Shown: piece after piece, positions 37,204 through 50,820 of the stretch | How positions within the stretch are numbered: the stretch's first letter is position 1 | How the letters are laid out: each line of letters begins with the position of its first letter | DNA from: Gracilinanus agilis | Lineage: Eukaryota | Assembly (NCBI RefSeq): GCF_016433145.1 | Contig: NC_058135.1 | Coordinates: 214,883,847-214,947,846, forward strand | Reading direction: 5' to 3' | DNA length: 64,000 bases | Notes under the pieces: generated by a model | What the model saw: only the letters and a program-made list of their open reading frames with translations | What the model was told of the DNA's origin: nothing | Database searches by the model: none | Program-made: the position numbers and the translations under genes

Positions 37204-38322
37204 ATATCTATATCAGGAAGAGCAGATGATTTTAAAAGTATCAGTGTATATATTTTAAAATTAGAAGCACCCAACTTGCAACTTAGGAACAATATATACA
37301 AGGGGAAGAATCATACCATTGAAATAAGTAATCAATATTTCCCTCCCACCTCAGGGGAAATTTTCCTAGGAAAAATTAAATGTCCAGATTCTCGAAGAAC
37401 TTTCAACTTATCACAGGAAAATACTTCTTTCTTTCCTATTTGCTTCTTCCTTTTTAGTCACTGCTTTTTTTGTATGTGCTCCAGGGTCAATTAGTTAATA
37501 AATGAACAATCAATATCTATACAATTTCCTCCCTTTGGGGAAGGAAAAATCTTTGAAATCTCTCCTTATCTGAAATTGCATATCAATAAACTATTGAGTG
37601 GGATGCTTTTTTTCCCTTTTTGAGATGCTTGTGGTTCAGGACTCAGTTTCCTTTAGGGAAACAAATTTCCTAGTCAAGGAGAGTTTTTTTTGGAGACCAC
37701 AGACTCCTCTCTCCTAGCTAGACTTTTTAATCACATGACCAATAGGACATTAAGATATTCTGAATTCTACTCAAGAAAATATCATCTTTTCTAGACTAGA
37801 AAAAGACATCTTTTCTAGAAGGGTTCTCTTCTCTTTCTGTCCTTTTTCTGGGCTTTTGGGTACGTAATTAAAATAATAATAATGAAAATGTCATCTCATA
37901 ATTACAGAGCACCTTAAGGTTTACAAATAAAATGAAATGTAGTCCTACCACTCAAGAGATTTTGACCCTCAAATATTGCTCTGGATTTAATGAACTGATA
38001 AGATAACAATTAATCATATGCTACCTTGTGGCTTTTTATTTTCCATTCTTAAAATTTGCCTATACTAATGTTCCATCTCTTTCATTCACCATTATGTTTG
38101 ATGAGGGCAAGCTGTTTGTGTTCTCATTCTTCATTTCTGCTTCTGAAATTTCTAATTTCTGAGACTCCTATCAGAGGCCACCCTTTGCAGGATATCTTTG
38201 CTTGTCCTCTCAGGTTCTACAAGAGTCTTCCTTTCTGTTGGTTACCTTGTAGTTCCTGTATACATCCTCATTAGAATATGACCTGTTTGATGGTAAGGGC
38301 AATGCTATAGTGTTTGTCTTTT

Positions 38323-38555
38323 TGTTTTTCAATTGTTTCACATGTATTAGACTCTTCATGTCCTCATTTCAGGTTTTTTGGCCAAGGATACTGGAGTGAT
38401 TTTCCATTTATTTTCTTCTCCATCTCATTCATCAGAGTCAGAAACTGAAGCAAACTGTGGTAAAGTGACTTGGCCAGGGTCATAAATTGTCTGAGGCCAG
38501 ATTTGGACTAAAGAAGAAGAGTCTCTATGACTTCAGGCACAGTACTCTATCCACT
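38323..38555 (-). mobile_element. MAR1-type CORE-SINE
   Basis: TTGGCCAAGGATACTGGAGTG tail motif and GTGACTTGGCCAGGGTCA core. Confidence 0.8.
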
Positions 38556-39254
38556 CTAATTCTATTAACATAATATTCAATATTCTTTATTCATGAAGTT
38601 AAGAAAGGATGTAATTTAATATAGAAAAATTCCCATGAAAATAAACTGTTTTTTTAAAATTACTTAAAGTGTTTATCTTATCTTGGATATGTTGTTTCTG
38701 TGGATCAGACCTTCTCTAATAATGACAGAGAAATGAAGTATTATTGGACTCATTGATTAAAGCAGAGTAGAAAGCATGCTGTGCCAGAAGAAAACAAAAG
38801 TAAGCGCAGAAAGAAAGACAGACTTATTATCTTCATTGTACCAGGAATTATGCTAAGCACTTAATCATTACCTCATTATATACTTACAGCCTTGTTAGGT
38901 AGGTGCTTTTATAATCTCCACTTTACAGATAAGAAACTGAGGCAGATAAAAATTAAGTAATTTGACCAGATAGGGTCATATATCAAATGTGTCAGAGGCT
39001 AAATTTAAACTCAGGCCTCTCTGATTCAAGAGTGGATGCTCTACCCATTGTACCAGTTAGCCTCTTCTAAGAAATGGATTCAAGTTCCATTTCTGATATT
39101 TGATCTCTGAATGATCAGCTCAGAGCTTCAGTTTCTTAATTTGTAAGATGGGAATAATAAGGCTCACATAATGTAGTAGATAGAAAAAATTTTGAAATCT
39201 TAAAGTGCTAAAAAAAGGTCTATTATTATTATTATCCATCAAACCACAAATCTG

Positions 39255-40020
39255 AACTTACTATGTGCCAGGCACTATGCTAAGCATTGGGCATTCAAAT
39301 GAAAAAGAATATATATTCTTTTTCACATATATATATATCCCAAAACCAAATAAATACTAAGTAATTAAATATAAAGTAATCTGAGAGGGAAGAAACCAGT
39401 TTAGATCAGGAAAGGCTGCAGGTGACGCATAAATTCCATTTTTCCAGGAAAAGGATTCTGGGAGGCAGAGATGAGGAAAGAGTGTATTTTAGGCATGGAG
39501 ACAATCAGTATAGAGGCCTGGAGTAAAATAGTGAGCACCATGTGTAAGAGAAAAGGCCATTTTGACTGAAATCTAGAGTTTAGGATGGGAATTAATGTGT
39601 AAAGACTCCTCAAAGATAGGTTGGGGTCAGGCTATAAAGGGCTGTAAAATCTAAACAAAGGAGTTTACATTTTATTCTAGAAGGCAATAAGGAGTCACTG
39701 GATTTGCCTGACTAAGGATGACACATGGACAAGTTTGCATTTATAAAAAAGCACTTTGGCATCAATGCGTAGGATAGAATGGACAAGGGAGAGATTTGAG
39801 GGAGTGAGATCATTCAAGATCTATTGTGATAATCTTGAGAAGAGGGAATGAGTTCTTGAACTAATGTCAGCTATGTAAGTAGAGAGAAGTGAATGGATTT
39901 GAGAGATGCTGTTTAAAAAAATATGGCAACTTATTGAATGTATGGTTTAAAGGAGAGTGAAGAGTCCAGTATAATGCAAAATTATGAAAATGAGGGAACC
40001 AGGATTAATGGCATGAGGAA
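39255..40020 (-). mobile_element. L2 LINE fragment
   Basis: ACTTACTATGTGCCAGGCACTATGCTAAGC (reverse L2 3' end) followed by purine-rich L2 internal sequence. Confidence 0.75.
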
Positions 40021-40105
40021 ATATGCAGGGAAAGAGAGTTGAGGAGGAAAAGGGGAAAGAAAGATGGAAGAGAAGAGAAGAAATAGTAGAAAGTTATGGT
40101 TAGAG

Positions 40106-40331
40106 GGGGCAGCTAGGAGATGCCATGGATAGAGCGACAGATCTGGAGGCAAGAAAAATCATTTTTCTGAGTTTAAATCTGGTCTCAGACACTTACTAGC
40201 TATGTGACCCTGGTCAAGCCATTTAACCTTATTTGCCTTCATTTCCTGTAAAATGATCTGGGGAAGGAAATAGGAAACCACTCTAGTTTCTTTACCAAGA
40301 AGACCCTCAATGGGGTTATGAAAGAGTTGGG
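40106..40331 (+). mobile_element. MAR1-type CORE-SINE
   Basis: GGGGCAGCTAGG head and GGAAGGAAATAGGAAACCACTCTAG tail. Confidence 0.85.
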
Positions 40332-40591
40332 CATATCTAGAAGATGGCTTGATAACAACATAAAAGAATATCAGTATTTCTTATTAAGGAAATAGAATAG
40401 TTGGAGGAAATGTTGAGATCCAGTATGTGAACCTCCATTTTCTGTGTCTGAATTAAAGTGAAAAAGGCTATGAGACATAAAGAAAACAAGAACCTCAAAA
40501 TAGCAATATCAATATAACAGCACATATTCTATCTCAAGACAAAGTGAAATTCACTCCAATTGAAGGGTATAGATAATAACTGCTGTGGAGT

Positions 40592-40790
40592 AGAGTAGCT
40601 AGGTGATTCAATGGATAGAGATCCAGTACTAGAAATGGAAGGACCTTGGTCCAAATTTGATCTCAGGCACTTCCTATTCGTGTATCCTTGGGCAAGTCAC
40701 TTAACCCAATTGTCTAGCCCTTACTTCAACCTTGCCTTGAACTGATATGTGGTATTGATTCTAAATCAGAAGGTAAGGGTTTAAAAAAAT
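40592..40790 (+). mobile_element. SINE1_Mdo-type SINE (older copy)
   Basis: GTAGCTAGGTG head, GGGCAAGTCACTTAACC core and AGAAGGTAAGGGTTTAAAAAA tail. Confidence 0.85.
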
Positions 40791-40960
40791 AATTCCTGTG
40801 TGCACTGAAGAGTAGAGAATAAAATAGACATAAAAGACTAAAGTTATCCCAGAGAACTTCACAAAGCAGGAAGCAAGGTTTACTTTCATCAATGTGATTT
40901 TTCCCTGAATTCTCCCTGCATTATTCACTTTCCTGTTCAGCTGTGGAGCCCAGAACAAAA
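40791..40960 (-). mobile_element. L3/CR1 ORF2 remnant
   Basis: ORF 40761-40958(-) starts MFWAPQLNRKVNNAGRIQGKITLMK, resembling the CR1 QFWAPQ...ERVQRRATRM motif. Confidence 0.7.
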
Positions 40961-41789
40961 CATAACCATCTATCCATGTCTAGAGTTATGAATGTCTTGA
41001 TTTGTTCCTTTGGATTTCTGGCCACTTGGCCTTGGTTAAAATCATAGTCTCTTCCTTACATCTGGAAGGAGCCATAGAATACAGAAGTCAGAGTTGAGTG
41101 GTACTGTCTTTTAGCTCATTTAGACCCTAGTCCCTGATTTTATAGATGAGGAAAGTAAGACTAGGTGAAAAATAACTTACTTAAGATTATATTTCTCTTA
41201 AACATAACATCATGACCATATTTTAATACTCTTTAAGTCCTAGGTCAATAGTCTTTCAGATTATTTGGGAGCTCTTACAGGGGAAATAAAGAAAAGGCCA
41301 AGTTATAGGAATCTTGAATTAGACTTCAAGTCACTGAAAACATACTTGATTACATTATTACCCAAAAGCAAGGATTGTTACACTGCTAAGAGGATGCCTA
41401 CAGTTTGGGATGCTCTTTTTCCATTAGAAAGTCAAACATCTGATTATATGGTTGTATTTCTAATTTTAAAAGCAGATTTCCTGGTTTATTGATGTGCTGA
41501 GGGAGCTCTGTATGGTTAGGAGCCAAAATGAGTGCTGAGAAAGGAAGCTGCTTTGCCAAAGAGATACTTATGCCTGATTCTAGAATTGTCGGGGGCCCGG
41601 TATATGTGAATAAGTGAATCTGACAGTTCTTACTTGTTGGTTATAATGTTAAAAGGCAAAATACCTAATTCACTTAAGTGCAAATGATTACAAAGTCACT
41701 CTAACCGGAAATCTAAGTGCATAGCTTCTAGTTAGGAATAAAGCACATTTTATTCTATTTACATGAAACTCAGATACTGGAGGTAGGAA

Positions 41790-42130
41790 AAAGAGAATGG
41801 CAGGAAGAACAAGAACAAAGAGAAGAGAACCAGATAAATAAAGAGTGGAAAGAGATAAGAGAACTCTATGAGAAAGGAGAGAGATAAAAATGAAGAAAGG
41901 AGAAAATATGAGATAGAATAGAAAAACTAAATAAAAGAGGCAAAGAAGTTAAATACATGGGAGGAGGAAAGAGTAAAAAAAATGAGACAACTAGAGAAAG
42001 GACAGAAAAAAACAGAAATGTAAAAAGAGGCAGGAAAATAATGGAGAAAGAAGCAGGATCTGGAGAGAGACAAAGAAGACCAAGTGAGGAATAGAGAAAA
42101 AAGCTGAAAGAGAAAAAGAAGAGAGGGAGA
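41790..42130. repeat. GA-rich low-complexity tract
   Basis: Purine-biased plus strand. It generates spurious Phe/Leu/Ser ORFs on the minus strand. Confidence 0.85.
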
Positions 42131-43736
42131 ATATAACTTCTGAAATGGATAGATTTACCCAAGCTGGAAGAAAAGTCAATTTGCCCCACTTCAAGGTACA
42201 AAAAGCTAATTTCATGTTTGAATGAGAGAGGCCAAGTCATCACAACCCAGCCGATCCAGTGATCACTAAGCAGGTTGGGACTCTGGTCCTTTGGGACTGG
42301 AAGCTAAGAGAACATGGACTACTCAATAGCAATAAACAAGGCAACTACAAATGGCTAAATATATTTTAAACCCCAAGGCAGCAAGTTTATTTAAGTAATA
42401 AAAGTATCTTTGAGCAATTCATCTGAAGGAGAATAAATATTATATTGTTCCCCCTGAAAGCCATCGTATTTTGGTACATGTCATGGAGCCTTAGACACAT
42501 TTGATATATGATCTTGATAACTAGACATCCGAGTGTGGTGATAGATGAGAGAATAAATGAGGCCTGATGTTGGAGGTAGCAGAAGGCCTGTAAATTATCA
42601 GGTAGTTGGATTGTTTTTATACCTCTATTACATGTTAGAGTTCTCTGGAGCGCTGATGAAGTGGAATGGAACTAGCATCTGTCCTGTTGCATTAAAATAT
42701 GGCTGCTCAAACCTTATAATAGATAGAATTTGGTCCAGAGAAAAAGATCCAAAGTACTTGCCTACCAAGATCCATGTTAAGCTGTGTGACCCTCAGTAAG
42801 TCGCTTAACTCTGAGCCTTCCTGCTTCACAAGATTCTCGTGAGAAAGATATTTTGTAAAGACCTTATTTTTCACTCCTTTGACATTTTGATGGAGTAGTT
42901 TGAAATAGTCCAGGGACAAGTTGCTACCCAGCTGTTATTCTTTCCTATGTAATGTTCTGTGGACTATTGCTCAGGTGGAAAAAATGGCTGCTTCTTGTTG
43001 TTAACTAAGAATATTGGAGAAGGGGCTCATCTCCTAAAGACTCAAAGAGGCATTTTGGGGATGACTCCAAGAGATAAGATGAAAAGATGGCATGAACTTC
43101 TTCCTCTCTTCAGTTTTTTGATCTTTCATAAGTTTTTATAATTAAAAAGATTTTCATCACACTAGCCTGGAAATTCAACATATTTAGTCAGCATCATTTA
43201 CTTGAAAAGATGTTCTTAAATTTCTGTGGACCAATGCTATGTCTATTTGATGGCAAACAGTGCGATCTGGGATAATATACTGGCTTCAGAAGAGTTCAGC
43301 TGTTGAATATACAAGGATATTTTAAGTCCTGTATGAAGACATTTACCATCTGTTAACTTATAAGAGGTGGTGAGTTTCTGGTATATAATTCTAGTTCTCT
43401 GGTCATATCTTACTAGTTATTCAATAAATGCTTTTTAAAAAATTGTAGCCATATTTCTATATCTATTGTTTTCTTTTGATAACCTCCATTAATCAATAAT
43501 TCTGGAATAATTTACTATCAATAACCTGATACTCAGTTGTCATTGTTAGCTCTTTTTATTAAAAAAATGCTGATAGTCCATTTATTGTCCTACTATTCTT
43601 TGCCAATTGAGTTCATATGAATGTCACCCTTGGAAGGACTTTTGATTCTACTGTGGGATCTTAATGCTTCATAGACTCCATCTGGAAACCAGTTACAATT
43701 ACCTTGAATTAATAAAGGAATGACCAGAGTTATCTA

Positions 43737-44625
43737 TCTAGGTGGAACAGTAGAAAGAACTCTGGAACTGGAGTAGGAGAGATTTTAGTTCGAACCTGGT
43801 ACCAGAGACTTATTATCTGCCTGACAATGGGCAAGTCATTTAATTCTGTTTGCCTTAGTTTCCTTATTTGTAAAATGACTTATTTAAGGGATAAAAACTA
43901 AAGGTTGGACTAAATTTATGAGAAATGTAGTTGCTGTAATTATTATTACCCAAGTCAGAATGACTTATTTAGTAATTTATTTATAAAATAGAGGGAAAGA
44001 GTAAAAGTAAGGAAATAATAGAGAGAAGATAATTACTCCAGTGGGGCTTCAGAGGCCCCAGCAAAGTGGGCATAGAGGTAAATTACACAAGGGTTTTAGC
44101 CACGAGGCCTCCTCTAAGACAAGGGACCTCTCCTGAGGCTAGTACCTCTCAGAAAAAGCCAAGAAAGGAATCAGTCTTTTTCACTCACCCACTTGGTAGT
44201 TCTAAGGGAAAAATCGAAGAGCAGTCTGAGGTCCCAAGCTGGAGCTCCTTCAAGTTCAAATTGAAGGTGAAAGATCTTATCACAGGAAGTTATTGCCACT
44301 TTTAAAGATCATTCCTATCGTCACTTCCTGTGCCTTCCTTCCACTTTACATGGACCAATTACAGCTAAAACTTTGCTTAGGACTGTTAGTTGATTCTGAT
44401 TCTTCACCCACTATCGCACATGTGGGTCACAGACCTCCCCATACTTAAGGATAAGTGGGGTATATACACTTCTGATGATTAAATCTAAAAATGGACAGGG
44501 GAGAGTTAATCCCATCTTCACACTTGGAGAAGGGAATGGCAAAGCATTCCAGTATCTTTTCCAAAAAATCTTCAAATCAGGCCACAATCAGTTGGATGTG
44601 ACTGACATAATTGAACACTAAACAA
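43737..44625 (+). mobile_element. MAR1-type SINE split by a solo LTR (halves 43737-43881 and 44523-44625)
   Basis: The left half ends TTTGTAAAATGAC and the right half resumes TTGGAGAAGGGAATGGCAAAGCATTCCAGTATC. Confidence 0.8.
43882..44522 (-). mobile_element. Solo LTR (~640 bp) interrupting a MAR1 SINE
   Basis: The minus strand starts TGTGAAGATGGGATTAACTCTCCCC and has AATAAA near 43980. MAR1 halves lie on either side, with (A)CTT duplicated at the junctions. Confidence 0.75.
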
Positions 44626-45058
44626 TATCATTCTAGTACTTAGAATCATAAACTTAGAACTGGAAGGTACATCAGAGATCAACTAGTGCAATACTTTGAT
44701 TTTGGAGATGAAGCAGTTGAGTTTTAGGGGAGATTGTGACTTGGCCAAAGTCACATGGGTGATATGTGTTAAAGGAATGATTTGAACCCAGCTCCTCTCA
44801 TTCTAGAATCAGTGGTTTTTCCATTATACCAGCTACCTACTCTTTCCCCCCTACTAGTAAAGCATTTATAACTCTAAGTTGCATTACAAATGTGACTAAT
44901 TTTTAGATTTTTATAAACTTTAATTTCCCTTACTAATCTTTTCAAAAAGCAGCATGTGTGGCAAGGCATGGTGGATACCTGATTAGGATTTTGAGTGGAT
45001 AGTGTAGAATCTGTTGCTGCTATTCTTTTCATCATGGCATTCCTCTATTAGGACATAA

Positions 45059-45295
45059 GGGAGCTGCTAGGTTGCACAGTGGATAGAACACCACATTTTG
45101 AATTAGGAAGACCTAATTAAAATGTGGCCTCAGACACTAGTTATGTGACCTAGGGAAAATAACTTAACCCTGTTTACCTCAGTTTTCTCATCTGTAAATT
45201 GAGCTAGACAAGAAAATGCACAACCACTCCAGTATCTCTGCCAAGAAAAGGGGTCATGTAGAGTCTGACATGACTGAAACAACTAAACAACAACA
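45059..45295 (+). mobile_element. MAR1-type CORE-SINE
   Basis: CTCAGTTTTCTCATCTGTAAA core, CCACTCCAGTATCTCTGCCAAGAAAA and a (CAA)n tail. Confidence 0.88.
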
Positions 45296-46849
45296 TAAAA
45301 AAGAAAAAAAAATAGATTCACACCCAGATTTTCCTGATGCCAAGTCTAAGGCTCTATTTACTCCACCAAATTGCCCTTGCTAGGTGAATAAGAATTAAAT
45401 TGGCTATGAAGAAAAAGAGGATGGCAGAAGGTATGCCAAGCTTTTATCTTTACCAAAATAGCTAAAATGTATGTCATGCTTTAAGGTTAGCAAAACATTT
45501 CACATATATTATCTCATTTGCTCCTCATAACAAACCTGTAAAGTAGATACTATTATTATTTCCATTTTACCAATGAGGAGACTAGAATTTAGAGGCGGGA
45601 TTAAGTGACTAGTCATACAGGTAGTTTCTGTGGCAACATATCACCCTGGTTTTCTGATTTCATATTCACTCCTCCATCCCTTCTGCCACAATAGACATTT
45701 ATATGAATTATAGCATCTTTAGTCAATCCCTAGCCATCTTTGTGATAGTGGTCAAATTGCTTCCTTCTTTAGGCCAGTTTTCTCCTTAGCAAAATGGGCA
45801 TAATAATGCTTGCTCTACCTCTCCCAGAGGTTTTTTTTTCCTAAGGAAAGTATTTTGTCAGTCTTAAAAAGTGTTAAAGAAGTGAGATCTCTCATGATCA
45901 TTTATGCCTTGGCAGACTTACACACAGCACTTTTGGCCAACAGTAGCATGTGTGGCAAGAGAGGCAAGGCGGATAGCTGATTAAGTCTTAGCGCAGAGCA
46001 TCTCATTTTCCACCTGCTTCCATCTACTCTGTCTCTGGAGTGAGGCATGGAGGGAGAGGTAATGAGTGCCCCATGCTGGGCAATGCTGGAAATCCCTGAA
46101 TGGAATCTGTCTTGCCTACATACGAAAGACAGCCAGGAAGTAGAGCAGCTGTACTCACAGTTTTTTGGCAAGGTAGCTGAGCAACAGCTCCAGCACCATG
46201 GAGAAGCCCTTTGTCAACTTGGAACAGGCTCAGAGAATCACAGATTATCAGACCTAGAAGGGACCATTAAACATAGAATGTACAATGGAAGAGCTGGGAG
46301 GTACCTTAGAGCAGAGAGTTTGGTGGTAAGGACCCTAGAACACTAAAACAATAATGTTAGAATTGGAATGGGTCTTAGAGATAATGGAATACAAGCCTCT
46401 CATTTTATAAAAGAGAAAACAGAGTCCAAGAGATGATATTATTTTCCCAGAATCATGTATCTGTCACTTGGGCATGACCACAAAGTCTTAGAGTCAGAAT
46501 CTGAACTCAGGTCTCCTGAGTGTGTCACCTTTTTCACTATGTCATGTTCTAAGTAGGTCATTATTATTTTGCCATCCACAATTGGTCCTGTTTTAGATCT
46601 TGGTATCTCAGTAAGACACTGACACTTTGATTTGATGTTAATCCTGAGTTTTTGCTCTTAGTGATACTAGAAAACTCAATCAATTAACTCCTTTGTTCTG
46701 CTCACAAAAGAAATATTAGATCTTTTGTTTTGTTAATTAAATATGAATGTCTTATCTGCTCCTTGGGGGATGGGAAAGAATGGATGAGGATGATGTTTCT
46801 CTTCTATTCACCATTCATTGGTGTTGGTTTTTCTCTTCAGAACCCACTT

Positions 46850-47547
46850 TTTTTAATTTTAAAATTTTTATTTAAATAATTAATTTAGAACATCTTGCCA
46901 TGGCTATAAAATTCATGTTCTATCCCTCTCCTACCTCTCCCCCCTTCCATAGTCAATGCACAATTCCACTGTGTCATTGTGTGTCATTGATCAAGATATA
47001 TATTCCACATTATTGATATTTGCGCTAGGGTGCTCATTTTGAGTCAGTATCCCTAATTATATCCCCAACCACCATTGTGATGAGGCAGTTGTTTTTCTTC
47101 TGTGTTTCAACTCCCACAGTTCTTCCTCTGAATGTTGATAGCATTTTTTCTCATAGGTCCCTCATAGTTATCCTGGATCATTGCATTGTTGCCAGTAGAG
47201 AAGTCCATTACATTCTATTTTACCACAGTGTATCAGTCTCTGTGTAAAATGTTCTTCTGGTTCTGCTCCTTTCACTCTGCATCAATTCCTAGAAGTTGTT
47301 CCAGTTCACATGGAATTCCTCTAGTTCATTATTCCTTTGAGCACAATAGTATTTTATCACCAACAGATACCACAATTTTTTCAGTCATTCCCCAACCTAT
47401 GGACACCCCTTCATTTTCCATTTTTTTTGCCACCACAAAGAGCACAGCTATAAATATTTTTGTACAAGTCTTTTTCCTTATGATGTCTTTGGGGTATAAA
47501 CCCAGCAGTGGTATGGCTGGATCAAAGGGCGGGCAGTCTTTTTAGCA
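46850..47547 (-). mobile_element. 5'-truncated L1 with TSD
   Basis: T-rich tail and L1 3' UTR. 15-bp TSD CTTCAGAACCCACTT at 46835-46849 and 47548-47562. Confidence 0.93.
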
Positions 47548-48154
47548 CTTCAGAACCCACTTCTAAGGGTTCATAATCCTGAATAGGCCCTCCAAGAATG
47601 GAGCCTGTATTGTATCATGGATAAAAGGTCAATGTAGAATGAAAGAGACTTAGCTTCATGTCCTGTCCTTTTAGATACATAGGGACCCTCAGAATTTAGG
47701 AAACTCACTTGAGTTTTTGCTGGCCCCAAGTCATTCATTCAGACTTTCTGTAGAAGACAAGTTGCCATTCTGCCTGAATCAGAGAGTTTTGTTAGGGATA
47801 TTTCTCTATTATGACAAAGCCAGAGAGCTCAAGAAAACAAAAATACCAAATATAACTAAAAAAGGTCTTTATGATTCTTAATATTCCTTCTCTTAAATGG
47901 GGAGCTCCTAGAAGGCAGTGTTTGTCCCATTTCTCACATTATTCTTTATGCTTAGCATAGCACTTGGCCAATTACTCCTTGGAACCTCAAGAACTTCATA
48001 AATTTGAGTATTTCAGATTTTACTATCAATTCTACACTCTTCCCATACCTCATTAGATGGGTTCTGGAAGGGTCAAGAGTTGTGATTTTTTGATATAGGA
48101 AACTTCAGATGAGGAAAAAACCTCACCTATAGGCAATATGCATTATTAGAATAA

Positions 48155-48310
48155 GGTTTCTTAATCCAAGGTCTATGAGCTTGTTTTAAAAATATTTTGA
48201 TAGTTATGTTTAAATGTAATTGGATTCTCATGTAATCCTGTGTATATTATTCTATCCATTTAAAAACATCATTCTAAGAAGAGGTCCATAGGCTCTACCA
48301 GACTTCTTAT

Positions 48311-48404
<94 letters not shown>

Positions 48405-48420
48405 CTAAGTATTCCTGATT
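48155..48420 (+). mobile_element. Old hAT/Charlie-type MITE containing a (GA)n expansion
   Basis: GGTTTCTTAATCCAAGGTCTATGAGCTTG...CATTTAAAAACATCATTCTAAGAAGAGGTCCATAGGC, homologous to 62140-62300. Confidence 0.7.
48310..48401. repeat. (GA)n microsatellite
   Basis: Direct reading. Confidence 0.98.
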
Positions 48421-49904
48421 TTTGGAGTATAGAGTCAACTCTTTAACAACTAGGTTCTATGAAAAATTATGTGCACAGGATACACTTTTAAGTTTAATCT
48501 GCAATATGTATACTTTATCCCTTTAAGTCTAGAAGTCAATAAAAGTTTAGAAAGCAATAAATGAATTTTTTTTATTTTAGCATTTGCTGATTCCTGAGGT
48601 GTAAATGCTCATATTGAAAACTTAACAATTGATTCTATGAGCAATTTGATCTGTTTAAAACATACCCCTCTCTATATTATAAAATTCCTGGAATAAAATG
48701 GATGATTAAAACATTCTTGTTCACAAGGCCAAATATGTATCAGAGTTGGGATTTGAACTCCTATCTTTCTTGATTTAGGGTCCCCTGTTTATCCTATACT
48801 CTGATATTATTAGGCGGATTTATAGGGGAGGCAACTGACTTTCAGAAAGTCAAAATGACTTGCCCAAGGTCAGCCAGGACTCACATTGAGGTTTTCTTAT
48901 TTGTGAAAACTTCATGCAAGCCCAAATACATTAGAATCTAGCAAGGGCATTCAAAAATTTCATAGGAAAGGATGAGAAATTCAAATATGAAAGGATCATT
49001 TCTAATTAGTGAGGAATAGGGGAGGGAATGATGATGAGGAAAGCACCTGAATTAGACTTTGAAGGAAAATAAGTATTTAGGCAGATAAGAGTTAGAAAGA
49101 AAGATATGGTCAAAAGACCTGAGGTGGGAGAAGAGGAGGTGAAAACTAAGGTTGTGAAAAAATCTGGAAGATAAGGCGGCATCGGGCAGTAATGGACCTT
49201 GAAAGACAGGACAAGGAGTGGGGACTTTATTCAGTAGGCAACAGGGAGCCATGGAATGGTTCTTAACAGGAGAGTGACATGTTCAGAATATTACATTAGG
49301 AAGAGAACTCTTCTGGCTGATAACTGCCATTTAGTAGAAAAATCTGTGATTGACAGAACACTGTGTGCCTTGCAGCTCAGACACTCTCAGGAGAATTAAT
49401 AGCAGTCTCTTGCTGCAGAGTTGACATGGATGACAATGGTAGAAAATTATATTAAGCCAATTAGAATTTTCTAGAACTTTTAGTGACATGGAACTTGGTG
49501 GTTGGTTTATTCTTGTGGATATTATTGTCATGAAGATCATACAGTGTGATGGAAAGAACACAGAAGTGGGAATAAGAATGTTTGGGTTTGGGGTTCATGA
49601 CAGGTAAATGACCTTACCTTCCTCTGCCAAGTTCTCTCATTTCTAAAATGAGGATAATGATGCCTGTTTTACCTAGCTCAAAAGGACGTTTGCACCACAG
49701 CCCAGGCAGGCAAGTTGTTTCCATTTAGAGAGCATCCACTCTATTTTCAGACAAGCCTAATTATTACCAAGTACTTCTTTATATTGAATTAAATTTTGCC
49801 TTCCTACTTCTAGATTGATACTGTTTCTGAAAAGGATCAATTTCTCATGGCTTAATGTTCTGGGTTTTCCCTTCAGGATCAAGTTTAATTCTTCATGTGA
49901 TTGA

Positions 49905-50154
49905 CAGCAGGGGCTGTGGATAGAGTACTGGTTCTGAAATTGGGAAGTCTCATTTTTCTGAGTTCAAATCCTGCCTCAGGCACTTGCTATCTGTGTGATC
50001 CTGGGAAAGTCACTTGACCCTGTTTGCCTCAGTTTCCTCATCTGTCAATTGAGCTGGAGAAGGAAGAAGCAAGTCACTCTAGTATCTTTTCTGAGAAAAC
50101 CCCAAATGGAGTCATGAAGAGTCAGACAAAACTGAAATGCCTGAACAACCACCA
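49905..50154 (+). mobile_element. MAR1-type CORE-SINE
   Basis: GAGTTCAAATCCTGCCTCAG B-box, CCTCAGTTTCCTCATCTGT core and AAAACCCCAAATGGAGTCATGAAGAGTCAGAC tail. Confidence 0.9.
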
Positions 50155-50631
50155 CATTTTAGTCCTTTGTGTATATGAACCCAGTTTCCCAGAATTCTTT
50201 TTTTTCCAGATTATTCCTTTCTGCACTTATAGATAAATATGCCATGAATTTTTGTTGAATAAGTGACTCCTTTCTGATGTATAGAATAGAAAATATTTCA
50301 AATTGAGGGCAAAGCCAAGACAGGCAATGAATTATTTTTATACATATTAACTCATGAAGACTCCCATTGTCAGAGGTGGGAATGTATAGCCTTCAGAATC
50401 AGTAGAAAAAGATTCCACACTAATGTACCAAAAATATTTTGAAGTACTGAAGTTCAAATTTTGAGAGAACCTTGTTGGGTCAAGGAAGGAAAAAAATAGA
50501 AGCAATGTGTGAAAGTTACAAAAAAAAGAAATATTAACACTGATATTAGGAAAATATTGCCTGGTGATTGAAATTATCTTGAAATGGGATGGATTTTGGG
50601 GGAAGTAATGGATTTCTTGTTTTTGAAGGGT

Positions 50632-50820
50632 TTTTAAAAACCCTTTCTTTCTGTCTTTAAATTAATACTTTGTACTGGTTTCAAGGAAGAAGGGCTATAA
50701 GCAATGGGTGCTACATGACGTTGCCTAGAGTTACACAACTTAGAAATGGTGTAGACTAAATTTGAACCCAGGCCCTCCTATTTCTAGGTCTAGGTCCCAG
50801 GTCACTTAGCCCCCTACCTT
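50632..50820 (-). mobile_element. SINE1_Mdo-type SINE inserted in an L3 remnant
   Basis: Reverse-orientation tail (TTTAAAAACCCTTTCTTTCTGTC) and TTTGAACCCAGG B-box region. Confidence 0.65.

Noticed and set aside
47186-47545. 119-aa ORF and similar ORFs at 33742-34076 and 59734-59949
   Set aside because: Antisense frames of L1 ORF2/3' UTR remnants.
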